DNA of 64,000 nt from Macrostomum hystrix (lineage: Eukaryota > Animalia > Platyhelminthes): the NCBI GenBank assembly GCA_950097015.1, contig CATNEN010000007.1, positions 4,092,001-4,156,000 on the forward strand. Direction: 5' to 3'. This document shows positions 24,060 through 35,812 of this stretch, piece by piece. Position numbers and translations under genes: made by a program. The notes under the pieces were generated by a model that was not told the DNA's origin, did not search any database, and saw nothing but the letters and a program-made list of their open reading frames with translations. Each line of letters starts with the position of its first letter. Within the stretch, counting starts at the first letter, position 1.

Positions 24060-27000
24060 CAGTCTATTTAAACGCTGCTGGGATTGAATAGCGCCGTCGC
24101 CTCCTGGTGCCAATGCCTGCTCCAATGGAATTGCGTACTAAGGCCTCAACGGAGAGCCGCGCACCTGCTGCGGCTGCCAAGAGCGGCACACCACCCAGCA
24201 GACGAGGACAACGTATTGAACGACGCCGCGAACGAAACTGCCATGGTCGACACCGTGCTCGCGAGCGTCGCGCTGCTGGCAGAACCTCTATGCGCAGTGG
24301 TGCGGTTCCTCCGGGTGGCGCCGGGGACCATGAGGTCCACAACCAACGGATCCAAGCTGAAACAAATTGCACGCCGCATAAACAGAGACAACAACTAAGA
24401 GTCGCGACTTGGAACTGCCGGACTCTGCGAGCAGGTTGGAGGCAACATCTACTAGCAAAATTAGCTACCGATCTGCAACTTGACATAGTAATGCTGCAGG
24501 AGCTCTCTATTAAAACCGATCCTGGGCTCCATCAGGAGCACCTCGGTGGCGGCTGGCTCCTTCAGTTCACTTCAGCAGACGCAAAAGGCCGAGGAGGAGT
24601 TGGTGTCCTCACCAGCCCACGGCTACAGAAATGTATTTGATGCGAAAGCTTATCGCCAAGACTACTACGAGTCGATCTTCGTCTCCGCACCCGTAATATT
24701 CACTTATTATGCACCCACAGCTGCGCACCCGATGGAGCACCGTCAATTTCTGGAGTTCCTCTCGACGCAAATGGAAGCGGTTGCTCAGCGCGACTCGGTG
24801 CTTGTGCTTGGAGACCTCAAAGCTGTTTTGCGAAAGTCTGAACGAGCTCTCTTTGTCACCCCACGCGAAAACAACAACACCGAAGCACTAATGGATTTCG
24901 CGGACCGGCACGATCTGGTTTCAGCGAACACACTCTTTAGGAAACCAGCTGTGAGGCTGGTTTCGTTCACTCGATGCAAGCGCCCGACCCGGAACGCCAG
25001 TGGAAAGTTTGCCACAAAAAGACTCGCGCAGCTGGATCACATCCTAATCCGCTGGAGAGAACGGTGCCGTGCAGTCAACTGCGACACGGTGGCACCTTTG
25101 GCAATTCGGTCTGACCATAGACTGTGACCTGCGCCTTGGGGACCCACTATACCGACCACCGAAGCGGCAGCCAAAACGCTTTTTCCGCGCCTTGCGCGAC
25201 CCAAACACAGGAGGCCGTTTCTGCCTGGCCTTTGCCGACGCGCTGGATAAACGACCGGAACCAGCAGCACCTGTCAAATACTCGGACGTCAGCTGCACTG
25301 TCCAGGCTGCCGCTACTAAAACGCTGCCTCTGGTGAAACCAGTAGCAAGCGGTCAGCCTTCATGTGGCAAAACGACGAGGCGCTGCGACAGGCCCGGCAA
25401 ATTGTGGAAAGATTGCGGAGGAAGCTGAGATGGCCTTAGCAGAGGTTTTTAAGGCCCGGCAACGCGTCGCTGTTGAGGCCGCAATTCAAGAAATTACCAA
25501 TGCCGGCCCCGACAAGAAGCCCCGTGCCGTTTGGTTTATTGTAAACCAATTGACAGGCCGTAAACGGCGCAGTACGCTGAACCTGTCTGGGGACACGTCC
25601 GAGAGAGGCGAAACGAACTGAGAGCCTTTTTCTCTGGCATCGATAACGCGTCTCCGCCGCCGCCAAGAGACGACATGTCTCTGCCCGCGGAGGTCGCACT
25701 GCCAGAAGAAAGCTCTTTCAACACCAGTCCTATCACCATTGACGAGGTGCTTCTGCTCGCTGCAAAACCGGGCGGCAAAGCCACCGGACTGACGACGTGC
25801 CTGTCGAAGTGTTGCGCCTCCCGCTGGTGGCGCAAGAAGTCACGCAAGTGATGAACTGCGTGCTGGCGGGAGGTCCCGCCCCCGCTGAATGGCGGACGGC
25901 ACACATCGTCGGGATCCCGAAGAAGCCCAGAACTATCAAGGTTGAAGAACATCGCGGAATGTCTCTAATGTCCTGCGCCGCAAAGCTGTACAACAGGGTC
26001 TGCTGACGCGACTGCAACCTGTGTTGGACCAGTTCCTCCGGCGAGAGCAAACGGCTTCCGGCCAGGTAGGGGCACGGTGAACCAGATTCTCGCTTTGCGC
26101 CGCATTTTAGAAGAGACTCGCATCCACCAGTCGACGGTCATCTGCATCTTCGTGGACTTTCTAAAGGCCTTCGACTCGGTGTCGAGACGGGTCATCCCGA
26201 AGATCCTGCGCGCGTACCATGTGCCTGACCAGCTTGTAACGGCTGTGATGGCCCTGTACCAGCAGGAGACCAGGGCGGCAGTTGTGATGCCGGAAGGTCT
26301 GTCCGATTTCTTCGACACGACCTCCGGTGTGCTGCAGGGCGACACCCTCGCCCCCTTTCTGTTCGTCCTGGTCCTGGACTGGGTGCTGCGCACCGGCCTC
26401 CCTGACGACGCTAACGGCTTTCTGCTCTGTCGCAGGACAAGCAGCCGACACCCCGAAAGACGACTCTCTGTCCTGGCGTACGCGGACGACCTGACGCTGC
26501 TGTCCAGCTCAATCGAAGGTGCTCAGCATCTGCTGGACAAGCTGACTGCGGCGGCGGCAGTAGTCGGGCTGTCTGTGAACACCAAGAAAACAATGGTGCT
26601 GACCGTCCCGAATGACCTCAACGGCGAGATCTTCTGCCACAACGTAAATGGGCAAGCGGCACTGCTGCCGCGCTGCGAGACCTTCATTTATCTCGGCGGT
26701 CAAGTACCCGACACCCTGGACGACATGGCGCTTGCCTGGGCAGCCTTTCGCACCCTGCGGACTGTCCTGCAGTGCCCCACGCTGCCGGATCGGCTGAGAG
26801 GGCGGTTAAGTTGTTCCAAGCCGTCATAGGACTTGACCGTCCTTCTCTACAACGCTCAAACGTGGACTCTGAATGGCACGCAAGAGAGGCAACTCGATGC
26901 CGCCCATGCTGGACTCCTGCGAGCCGCCTTCAGCGTCCACTATTCCCCGACTGCCGTCACCAACACCAGCAACGATGAGCTCTATCGCCGGGCCCAGCTC

Positions 27001-27305
27001 TGCCGGCCAAGTCAGCTGCTGCGCATGCGGCGCCTGCAGCTGCCTGGCCACGTCATCCGTGCGGAGCAGCGCTGCCCCGAGCCACTGCAGGACGTGCTGC
27101 TGCTTTCCCTGCAGGGGCCCCGGCGGCGTGGTCAGGCGAGGGCGCTACGCTATCCTGACCTGCTACTGACTGACGCTGGAATCTCCGACCCCCGCGGACT
27201 GACAATTCTGCGCCACTCTGCTCTTGCGCGTGCCTTTTGACGGCAACCCCTTTGGCTTCGGCCTCGGGTTGCCGTACTTTGTTGTTGTTGTTGTTGTTTA
27301 TTTTT
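24060..27305 (+). mobile_element. Non-LTR retrotransposon (RTE-like, single APE-endonuclease + RT ORF), decayed by several frameshifts and stops
   Basis: APE motifs RVATWNCRTL, DIVMLQE, LVLGD, LDHIL, SDHRL. RT motifs PKK, FVDFLKAFDSV, GVLQGDTLAPFLF, YADD. ORF split over 24107-24640, 24546-25127, 25797-26006, 26077-26829, 26833-27240; 3' (GTT)n tail. The 5' boundary is approximate. Confidence 0.92.
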
Positions 27306-28250
27306 GTGCAGATCGTTTTAAATTTACCCGCCCGTGAATCGACACCATACTATAACATTTTTATGTAGTATTTATGGCTTCACGCGTAGATTTTCAATTA
27401 AGGCATATATATTCAATGAGTTTTTGAGATGTATTTATAAAATAATACAAAAGTGTTTTCGCATTTTAAAAGGCAAAATAATAATTACTTCTGAACAGTT
27501 TAACTGTATTATTCCGCGAAACGGCGAAAATTAGGTCTGGATTGAAAGGCATTCACACTCACATTTCATCGAGCCCAAGCACACAACTGAACACGTTTAC
27601 GACCATTCATTTAAAGGAAACGCAAATGTATACTATGAGCAAATAAAGATGGCAGCGTGAACGAGCCATTAGTGTATCCATATTTTTGTTCATTCAAACT
27701 ATAACTTATTTACCAGGAAGTCAAAACTGTTAGCGTAGCATATTATACTATTGCTAAAGTCATGAATATACTAGTTGGCAGTTTGAGATGCAAACACATT
27801 TAAAACACACCAGGACTAACATGCGGGCTAACATGTGGAAAGCATGCAGTGAAAGTCACACATCTTAAAAGTAGCACTGTAAAGGGTGCTATACCTGTGA
27901 GTCTGGGAGAGGCTGCGGTGGCACTGTGGGTGGGAGGCGCCTGGAATCTGTAGGATCAAAACTTTAGGCAGGAATAGACTGTAGCCCCATAAGCCTTCCC
28001 CTTGGATGCTGTCTTTTTATTTTGGTGCACCAAAAAATTTATGGTTAGAGTAATCTTTGGCATGATTAAAGAATAATTTGATCAATCATATAATTTTGGC
28101 ATGGCTTCTGATGCACAATAACAGGATCCTGACTATGGCTGTAGTCTCAATTTTGTATTATCATGGCCACTCAGTCTCTGGCTAGTTACGGTAAAAAAAT
28201 ACTACTAAATAGCATGGTTATTTAGAATTGAGGATTATTTGTATGAAAGT

Positions 28251-28888
28251 GCTTATTCCCACAGTCCCATGCCAATAATTTCAATTTTGTCCACATGGAT
28301 CCGTGCCGACAATTCTCTGCCCATCCACATGGCAGTTTATTTTGCCATTAACTTTAAGAACTTTAAGCACATATTTTACAGGAACTGTGTAGCAATTTTC
28401 ATGTACTATATACAACCGGCCATACATGTTTTCCAGAAGCTGCAGTAGTGTCTCTTTTAAATATAATTTACAAGCAATGCACACATTAATTTCGAATAAT
28501 CATTAATTTCAAATAATATGTAGGCCCTAACGTTGCTAACAATGGCATGAGAAATTGCAAAAGATTTAGTAAGTTTTTATTACAATAATTAAAGAGGATA
28601 ACATTAATGTTGGTTAATGAATGTATAAGTCAAAATGTAGAACACTGTTGTAACACACTGGCAACTTTGTCGATCTATTGGCTCAAGGGTTCAACAAAAT
28701 GTTCAAACCTGAAAGGGCTTTGTTTTGTCGTTTCAGGCCTAGGCCTAGGATATATAGGATTCATACAAGCTGCCCTGTAGATAAGCAGAAAATTATTGGC
28801 ACAGATCCATGTAGATAAGCAGAAAATTATCAGCACAGATCTGTGTGGATAAAATTTAAATTATCCCCATGGGACTGTGGGACTAAGC
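28251..28888. mobile_element. Non-autonomous inverted-repeat element (MITE/foldback), ~640 bp
   Basis: Left GCTTATTCCCACAGTCCCATGCCAATAATTTCAATTTTGTCCACATGGATCCGTGCCGACAATT... is the reverse complement, with mismatches, of the right end ...AATTATCAGCACAGATCTGTGTGGATAAAATTTAAATTATCCCCATGGGACTGTGGGACTAAGC. AT-rich non-coding interior. Confidence 0.75.
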
Positions 28889-29357
28889 TCTGCCTATTTT
28901 TATAGGCAAGCAAACACATTAGGGTAAAAGATCATTGATCAGTATGTTATTTCATTCTTCATGTACTGTTTGAAGGTGCATAGTAGTTAAATTGGGCATT
29001 TTGCCTATGAAATATATGCATATGGTCAATATGAAACATAAAAATATGCCTACACAAGAGCTGTCCCATCATGTGACATTCATTTAGTTTCAATACTAAA
29101 AAGTTTTCCATTTAGAATTAAATAAATAAACATTTAAGGTAATATAGAAAAATGCTTAAGAAGCAGACAGACATATAGCCATGAAGTAAAAAGATTTGAA
29201 TAGTCAATAAGCTGCAGATCAGAAGCTATATAGTTGTCCTTTAACCTCCAAAAGTCTGATGGTATGCACTGCTTACCACGTAGACACACCAATTCCAGTC
29301 TGGCCCAAAGCAAGCAAATTAGTGTCTATGGCCAAAAATTTTTATCCGTTCCGGTCG

Positions 29358-31106
29358 TCATGGTAAGCAGGGCTTACCCAAGCATACTCGTATATTCTCC
29401 ATACAACAATATTTTTCCATTTTTGTATTCCAAGACAGGTTGCAGTCCAGGCACAGACCAGGCGCACCTGGGCACTCTGGGCAGCAGTAGATTGTACGCT
29501 TGCTGCTTCCAGCTCGATAGCTGACGTGGCACCGCTTCGTGGGTCTCAGTTGACTCTCGCGAGCCATTATTTTTGTTGGAAAGTGCGGGCCGATCAGACC
29601 GATTGCCTGGACTGCCAGAGTTACAGCAGCCGGTCGCTTTCTACTCCCTCCAGTGCACTGCACCAATTCGCGAATGTTGGCCTCCAGAAACTTGGAAAAA
29701 ACCTTCCGCCTGGCACACTGACAGTACACAATCCAAGCATTCCGAACCATTTGCAGGAACAGGTGCAGACCAAGCTTCAGAAACCACTTCGTGGTTTTTC
29801 TGCCAGGTTGATGGGGCTGCATGTGACCATCCATTCGGTCAACGCCGCCCATGCATCGGTTGTAGGTCAATGCAGATCTGCACTTCTGCATGATGGCTTC
29901 TCCTCCACCACGGATGATGCGTCGATCTGACTGGCACTCTGGAAGCCGCCTCCTTCGTATCCAGTAGGTACAGAGTCTTCAGACCGCTCTATTTTCTCTC
30001 TACTATTTTAGCTACAAGCACGGAGCCATTGCGCATGAAGCCAACATCATTCGGCGGCACATTCGACTGCTTGAGTTCAATCGGCACACCACGATCGGAC
30101 CGGATAGTGCAGGTCAGATTAGTTCCTCGAGTCAGCAAGTACTCAGCGAGCCGATAAGAGCCAAACCACTTGTCAACAAATACGCGATAGCTTTTATGCA
30201 GGAGATCTCGGCACAGCTCCACGACAATCTTCTCACTGAAAGACAGGTCTTGTAGATCTTCGTCGAACCTGCGATTCTCCTCCGGGGTTGAGTGGACGCG
30301 AAAGTTGTAAAGATGTAACACGCGGTGTTTGCAAAACCATTTCAAAGATACCCGTCTCGGCTACAGGCGCAGTAAAGCTTGATGCCGTACTTGGCGCGCT
30401 TCGTTGGGATATACTGCTTGAAGCGCAGGCGCCCCTTGTACAGCACCAGTGACTCGTCGATGCTTATATCCTCCTCCGGCATGTAGACATTCATACACAG
30501 CTGTCTAAAGATGTCCAGCAAAGGACGGATCTTAAACAACGGATCGCCCGGAGCCGGACCCTGAGCGCAATCGTAAAAGCGAAGCAGACCGAGCAGCTGC
30601 TTGAAGCGATCCCTGATGAGCGCTTCAGGGATTTGAAAGAATGGAGTCGAATAGTAGCTGTCCATGCACCAGTACTGGTTCATCTCGGCCTTCTTTTTGC
30701 TGCCCATGTAGAGGTACATCCCGATTACCTTCTTCACTTCATTCTTGCTACAATCGATCCATTTCTGATAACTCACAGGGAGGTCCTCAGCAGGCGTTGA
30801 ATGGATTACGGCCTCGGCTCTTCGGTTAGTCCATTTAGCTAAATCGTCAAACAAAGCGTCGGGTAGAAAGAGGCCAAGAAAAAATGAAGTGGATTGCTCA
30901 ACATTAACGGGAACTTCGATTCCAGGATTAAGGCCAGGTGTGCCAAGAAACTCTGTTTCACTATCAGAGACATCAATCTCAGCGATAGCAGGACGCCATG
31001 ACATCTCGTCGGTCGCTTCTTCATCACCTGTCTACATGACATCCATGACCTCATCCAAGACAATCGATTCCTCATCATCCGACGTCATTAGCTCGTCCAT
31101 TTGCAT
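29358..31106 (-). pseudogene. piggyBac/PGBD4-like transposase pseudogene
   Basis: Catalytic motifs SIDESLV, VDKWFGS, GGVDRMD and a C-terminal Cys-rich tail (CCPECPGAPGLCLDC). Lesions: in-frame TAG shortly after the ATG at 31106, a 35-nt insertion at ~30310-30348, TAG at 29989-29991 and a further frameshift. Confidence 0.9.
30310..30348 (+). mobile_element. 31-nt TG...CA insert with 4-bp target duplication (possible collapsed solo-LTR)
   Basis: AAGA-TGTAACACGCGGTGTTTGCAAAACCATTTCA-AAGA; removal restores the transposase frame GYLYNFRVH. Confidence 0.6.
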
Positions 31107-32019
31107 ATTTTGTTTTAGAGTTATTAAAAAAATCGCTGCTGTCTAATGAACTGTGGTTGATGCTAGCCTGCCAAGATTGAGCAACTATTGGTACGCGTAG
31201 TACATGGGAAGAAGAACAGTTTCTTAACTTGAAGGCGTAGTGAGATCGTGATATACACTACAATGTAGTATTTTCGATAGCTAACTACTCTATGGTCAAG
31301 ACCCCAGACCATAGACGGATTTTACAGTGGTATACCGATGCCATTATGTACATTGGTTAGTATACACACATGAAGATATTTTTCTGCTGCTTTTCTCAAG
31401 CCCTCTAGACCCATTCCAAAATTCTAGCAGACTGGAATGTCTATGCCCTCGGCAAAAGCGAGAGTAGTCTATGGTAAGCTCTGCGTACCATTCCGACTGG
31501 AACAGATATGTTGCACAAACTGGATCAGATCGGAAAAGGTTAATGCCAAAACTTCTAACACTCTTAATTTTTCTTCAAATTCGAAGAATGATATTCAACT
31601 TACCTAGGTACCTAGGTGACAAAAATTATTGAATTAAGCAAATAATTCTATAGATATAAATATGCTTTGAATATCTAAAAATTGTTTGTTAGTTAATTAT
31701 TTAAATGGCTCATAAGTTTGTATATATTTTATTTAATGAGAGAAGAGATATTGAGATAAGATATTAAAAAATATAAGATATAAACTATTATTGATTTAAA
31801 AAAAATAATAATATTAATACAATGTATAAAAACAATAAAGTAATAAAAATATATGAAAAATAAAATCAAACTATTTTCAAATCATTTGCATATAAGAAAA
31901 GCAATCTATGCTTATTCTAAGCATAGTTATAATAAGACAAAATAAGGTCTTCCTTAGCCTCCCAATTAGAAATCAAGTACTGATATATTGAGTATATTTT
32001 TACAAAATTGCAGTAAAAA

Positions 32020-34289
32020 ATGTCAAAACTTCCTCGCCTGGTTGTCGCAGCATCTGCTGCTGCTGCATCAATTGTTCTGACCAATACCAGCTTTGATAAG
32101 GATTTTTTTCCACCAATCAATAATGATGTGCACAGGGCTAGCCTGCTATCTAACAAAAGTTTGGTCAGTCCGCCAGGCTACAGATTGGCCTCAGTGTCTG
32201 TGCTGATGAGGCATGGCGCCAGGACACCGCTGCACCTGGTTCCAGGTGAGCTGGGCATCCAGTGTCACTGGCCAACTGCGGTGTGCTATTCGCTGGCTGA
32301 GGCTGACGCTGTGCAGGTAAGAACTGCCTTTTGTTGTTTTTGTTTTACTGCTTTTGTTTTGCTATTATACACAGCTTCCACCTGTTAGATACAGCTTCCA
32401 CCTGTTAGATACAGCTTCCACCTGTTAGACACAGCTTCCACCTGTTAGACACAGCTTCCACCTGTTAGACACAGCTTCCACCTGTTAGACACAGCTTCCA
32501 CCTGTTAGACACAGCTTCCACCTGTTAGACACAGCTTCCACCTGTTAGATACAGCTTCCACCTGTTAGACACAGCTGACCTGTAACTGGAATCCCGAACC
32601 CACAGCTGGAGCTGTATGACCCACTGCACCCGGGCTGCCAGCCCAGACTAGAGCTGCCGCATCACCTGTACCTGACTGGCGGCGCTCAGCCGGGCACACT
32701 GACCCGCCTAGGCCAGGCAGAAATGCTTCGCTTAGGCCGACAACTGAGGCGGGACTATCGGCACCTGATGTCGGACGATCGCGTTGATGACTGGCTGTAC
32801 TGTCGCAGCACCAGCATCCTGCGCTGTGTACTGTCCCTGCGCTGCGTGCTAGCCGGTCTGTTGGCAGAGGACGCCATTGCCGGCAAGTCGGTGAGCACAG
32901 ACCAGCGGTTCTATTAAGTCGTATTAGTGTCTGAATCTCATTTGGGATCTGAATATTTTATTCCTTTTTTCGGATCTAAATGTTATATTCCTCATTTGGA
33001 TCTGATGAATGGGATCTGGATCATTTGTTTACCATTTGGGATCTGAATATTATATTCCTATTTTAGGATCAGAATTTTTATTGGCCTTATTATCTAGAAT
33101 CCTGAAAAATCTTTGGCATTATTTTTTTTGTGTTTATTCAGCTGCTATGACAACCAATTTTCTTCTTTTCTTTAACTTCGCTGCCAGGCCAGCACCCCTG
33201 TCGTGCCCGTAGCCGTGCGCACGCTAGCTGACGAGGATCTGTTTCCCAACAGTCGCCTGGTGCCGGAAGTTCGCCGGCTCAACCTGGCCAATTCCGCCGC
33301 CCTGCTTAGTCGACTCGACGGCTACGCGGCTACGCGAAGGAAACTTGCCGACACCCTTGGTGTTTCAGAGTTCGGCGCCACAGCTTTAACTACTTTAAAG
33401 CACTTCCGCCCGGTTTTTGTTCCCATGTACTTTGCCCGCGACGACTTAGCTGCTAGGCTGGCTCATGGTGCGGCACTGCCCAGCTCCTTAGCTGAGCTCT
33501 ACCCGGCCTTGGACAGACTGTGCGCTCTGGAGCTGCTCACCGAGATTTTGGGTCCTAGCGAAGTGTGGGATGAGGTGAGGCATTGTCATTCTATCTTATT
33601 TGTTGTTTTAATAAGAGTGTAAATCTGAGTTTTTTATTTATGAATAAAAGTGAGTACGGTAGATTAGACTGGTAGAGAGTAGGGTAGACTCAAATGGTAG
33701 ATAGTAGGGTAGACTCAAATGGTAGAGAGTAGGGCAGACTCAAATGGTAGAGAGTCGGTTTCCTTATGCTTCGCTCTTCACTGGCCAGGCCGTGCCATAC
33801 GCCATCGGCACCTGGGTTCACACGCTGGCCAGCAATGTCCACCGGCTTGCCTCCGGCCAAGCCGATTATCACCGGATGGAGCTGTACTCCTCGCACGACT
33901 CTATGCTGCTGCCAGTGCTGGTGGCGCTTGGCTTTGATCCGCGCACCGACATCGACTGGCCGGCGTTCTCCTCGGCCATCGTGTTTGAATTCTACGTCAA
34001 TACGGCTAGAGATTCTGGCGACAACCAGCAGACTGGCGACCGCATCCTATGCCGGGTGTTGTACAACAACCGTGCCGTCCTCCTACCCGGCTGCGGCTCC
34101 GAGTTCGCGCCCCTCTCCGCCCTGTCCGACTGCCTGCTGCGCTGCGCCAGGCCTAGGGACACCTTCCTAGCCGCGTCCAGGGAGGCCTGCCGCCGGCTGC
34201 ACCTGTGGTACCGGGAGCACGGCCTCTCCCATCTGGACCACTGGCCATATGACAGCCCGAGCACTGCTCAGGCTGAGAGTCAGCAATGA
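32020..34289 (+). CDS. ACP6: Histidine acid phosphatase, ACP6 (lysophosphatidic acid phosphatase type 6)-like, ~489 aa; exons 32020-32316, 32606-32890, 33188-33574, 33789-34289
   Basis: RHGARTP catalytic motif, GTLTRLGQAEM, SSHDSMLLPVLVALG; all introns GT-AG phase 0. The last acceptor (33788) was chosen for its pyrimidine tract; 33752 is also in phase. Confidence 0.85.
32371..32576. repeat. 20-bp intronic minisatellite ACAGCTTCCACCTGTTAGA(C/T), 10 copies
   Basis: Direct reading; ACP6 intron 1. Confidence 0.95.
33660..33755. repeat. 25-bp repeat GTAGAGAGTAGGGTAGACTCAAATG, 3-4 copies
   Basis: Direct reading; ACP6 intron 3. Confidence 0.85.
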
Positions 34290-34729
34290 TTGACTCAATG
34301 TCTGGTTGAGAGTCGTTTATTATTCTTTGCATCTTTGCTTCCGCAATCCGCATGGAGCAGTTCAGGACTCATGAGTCGAAATTTAAATATTTTATTGGTT
34401 TGCTTTTACTTTTTTAGATCTTGGAACTTGATTTAATATTGTGCTTTTATGGCTGATTGAGACGTCAAGGTCTTGGGGATCTATAGCAGCGTAACAGCCG
34501 TTCTGCCGCACTGTTGGGCAAAGCCCAACCTCAGGGAGTGGGAGATAGACAATGCTTGAAGGCTCTATTAGCCTGATTGAAGACTTTTGAGATCCTTCTG
34601 TAAGAATCGTTGAATATCTCGACATTCCAAAGAGCCAGAGACCCTGTTTCAGAAGGTGCGCAAAATTTCTGGTACTGAAGAGGTATGAATTTATAAAACT
34701 AGATATATATCTAGGGCAGATACCTGCCT

Positions 34730-34949
34730 CCCTCTCCTTGTCTCCCTCTCCCTGTCTCCCTCTCCCTCTCCCTGTCTCCCGCTCCCTCTCCCTGTCTCCC
34801 GCTCCCTCCCTGTCTCCCGCTCCCTCTCCCTGTCTCCCGCTCCCTCCCCCTGTCTCCCGCTCCCTCCCCCTGTCTCCCGCTCCCTCCCCCTGTCTCCCGC
34901 TCCCTCCCCCTGTCTCCCGCTCCCTCCCCCTGTCTCCCGCTCCCTCTCC
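34730..34949. repeat. 20-bp pyrimidine-rich minisatellite CCCTGTCTCCCGCTCCCTCC
   Basis: Direct reading; between ACP6 and sideroflexin. Confidence 0.92.
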
Positions 34950-35619
34950 AAACCTCAAGGATGCGATCTTATTATAAAACGGAATGAGGTCAAGGGACAA
35001 AATCGCAAGTGAGGTGTTGTTTCATTCGGGTTCTCCCATCTGTTACGCTTCTGATTGAGTCTCTAATATTCTGATAGCTTGTTTTCAAGCTGCTTTACTA
35101 TTTGTTGCTATTTTTACTCTAGACGTATCATTGACCACATAGTTTGATTTTTAATATACGCCTCCTTTGCAAATCAGACTTTGATAAAACGATAACCAAT
35201 CAAAGTGCATATTAGCTCTGACAGCTCTATAGTAAATATTAAACATTGATTGATTTTGACACAGCGAATATCTAACAGTTCTTGTTGCTTTTCGCTCGCT
35301 CAATGCAAAAACATCGAGCTACTGTGATGTTACTGCTTGTTTATCTGCTAGATGCCTGTTCTGGCTCTTTTGCCAAATTATTCTCTTGCAGTTGTGCCAC
35401 AGTGAATGCACCGTGCATAGTTAATAAAGAAAAGCTGATTAAAAAATATTCTCTGTTGGGAGTCGTTTGGATGTATTTTGCTAATGTTTTTTGTTTTATC
35501 TTATGCAAAAATTACTTTAAGAATGGGTATTATATTACTTTTCGTGATAAGTAGTACTTTCAGTTGTATTTATTTATACTGTTATATGCTAGACTCAACG
35601 CAAATTACCCTTAAAGGTC

Positions 35620-35715
35620 GTAACCCAGTGGGAGACAGTATTAGCTGGGTAGAAATTAGGCTAGATGTGGCAGCCCACCAGTCCGTGGACTGAACAGCTG
35701 TACGCAGGCTGTGCA
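35620..35715 (+). mobile_element. 3'-half fragment of the CORE-like SINE
   Basis: AGCTGGGTAGAAATTAGGCTAGATGTGGCAGCCCACCAGTCCGTGGACTGAACAGCTGTACGCAG matches ~16775-16837. Confidence 0.75.
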
Positions 35716-35812
35716 ATAGCTGCGGCTTTGCTCTGGCCTGGTAGCCTTTTGGGTGAATATCCGGAAATGGTCTCCGATTTCAGCTGCTGCAGCACCCACT
35801 GAATCAGTCGTC

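Larger units (their letters stand above)
29245..31539 (-). mobile_element. piggyBac-family transposon (~2.3 kb) bounded by TTAA at 29241-29244 and 31540-31543
   Basis: Both ends read TTAA-CCT inward and share an inverted subterminal block AGTC(T/G)GA..TGGTA.GCA..GCTTACCA..TAGAC...TTCCAGTCTG; a transposase ORF lies inside. Confidence 0.8.
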
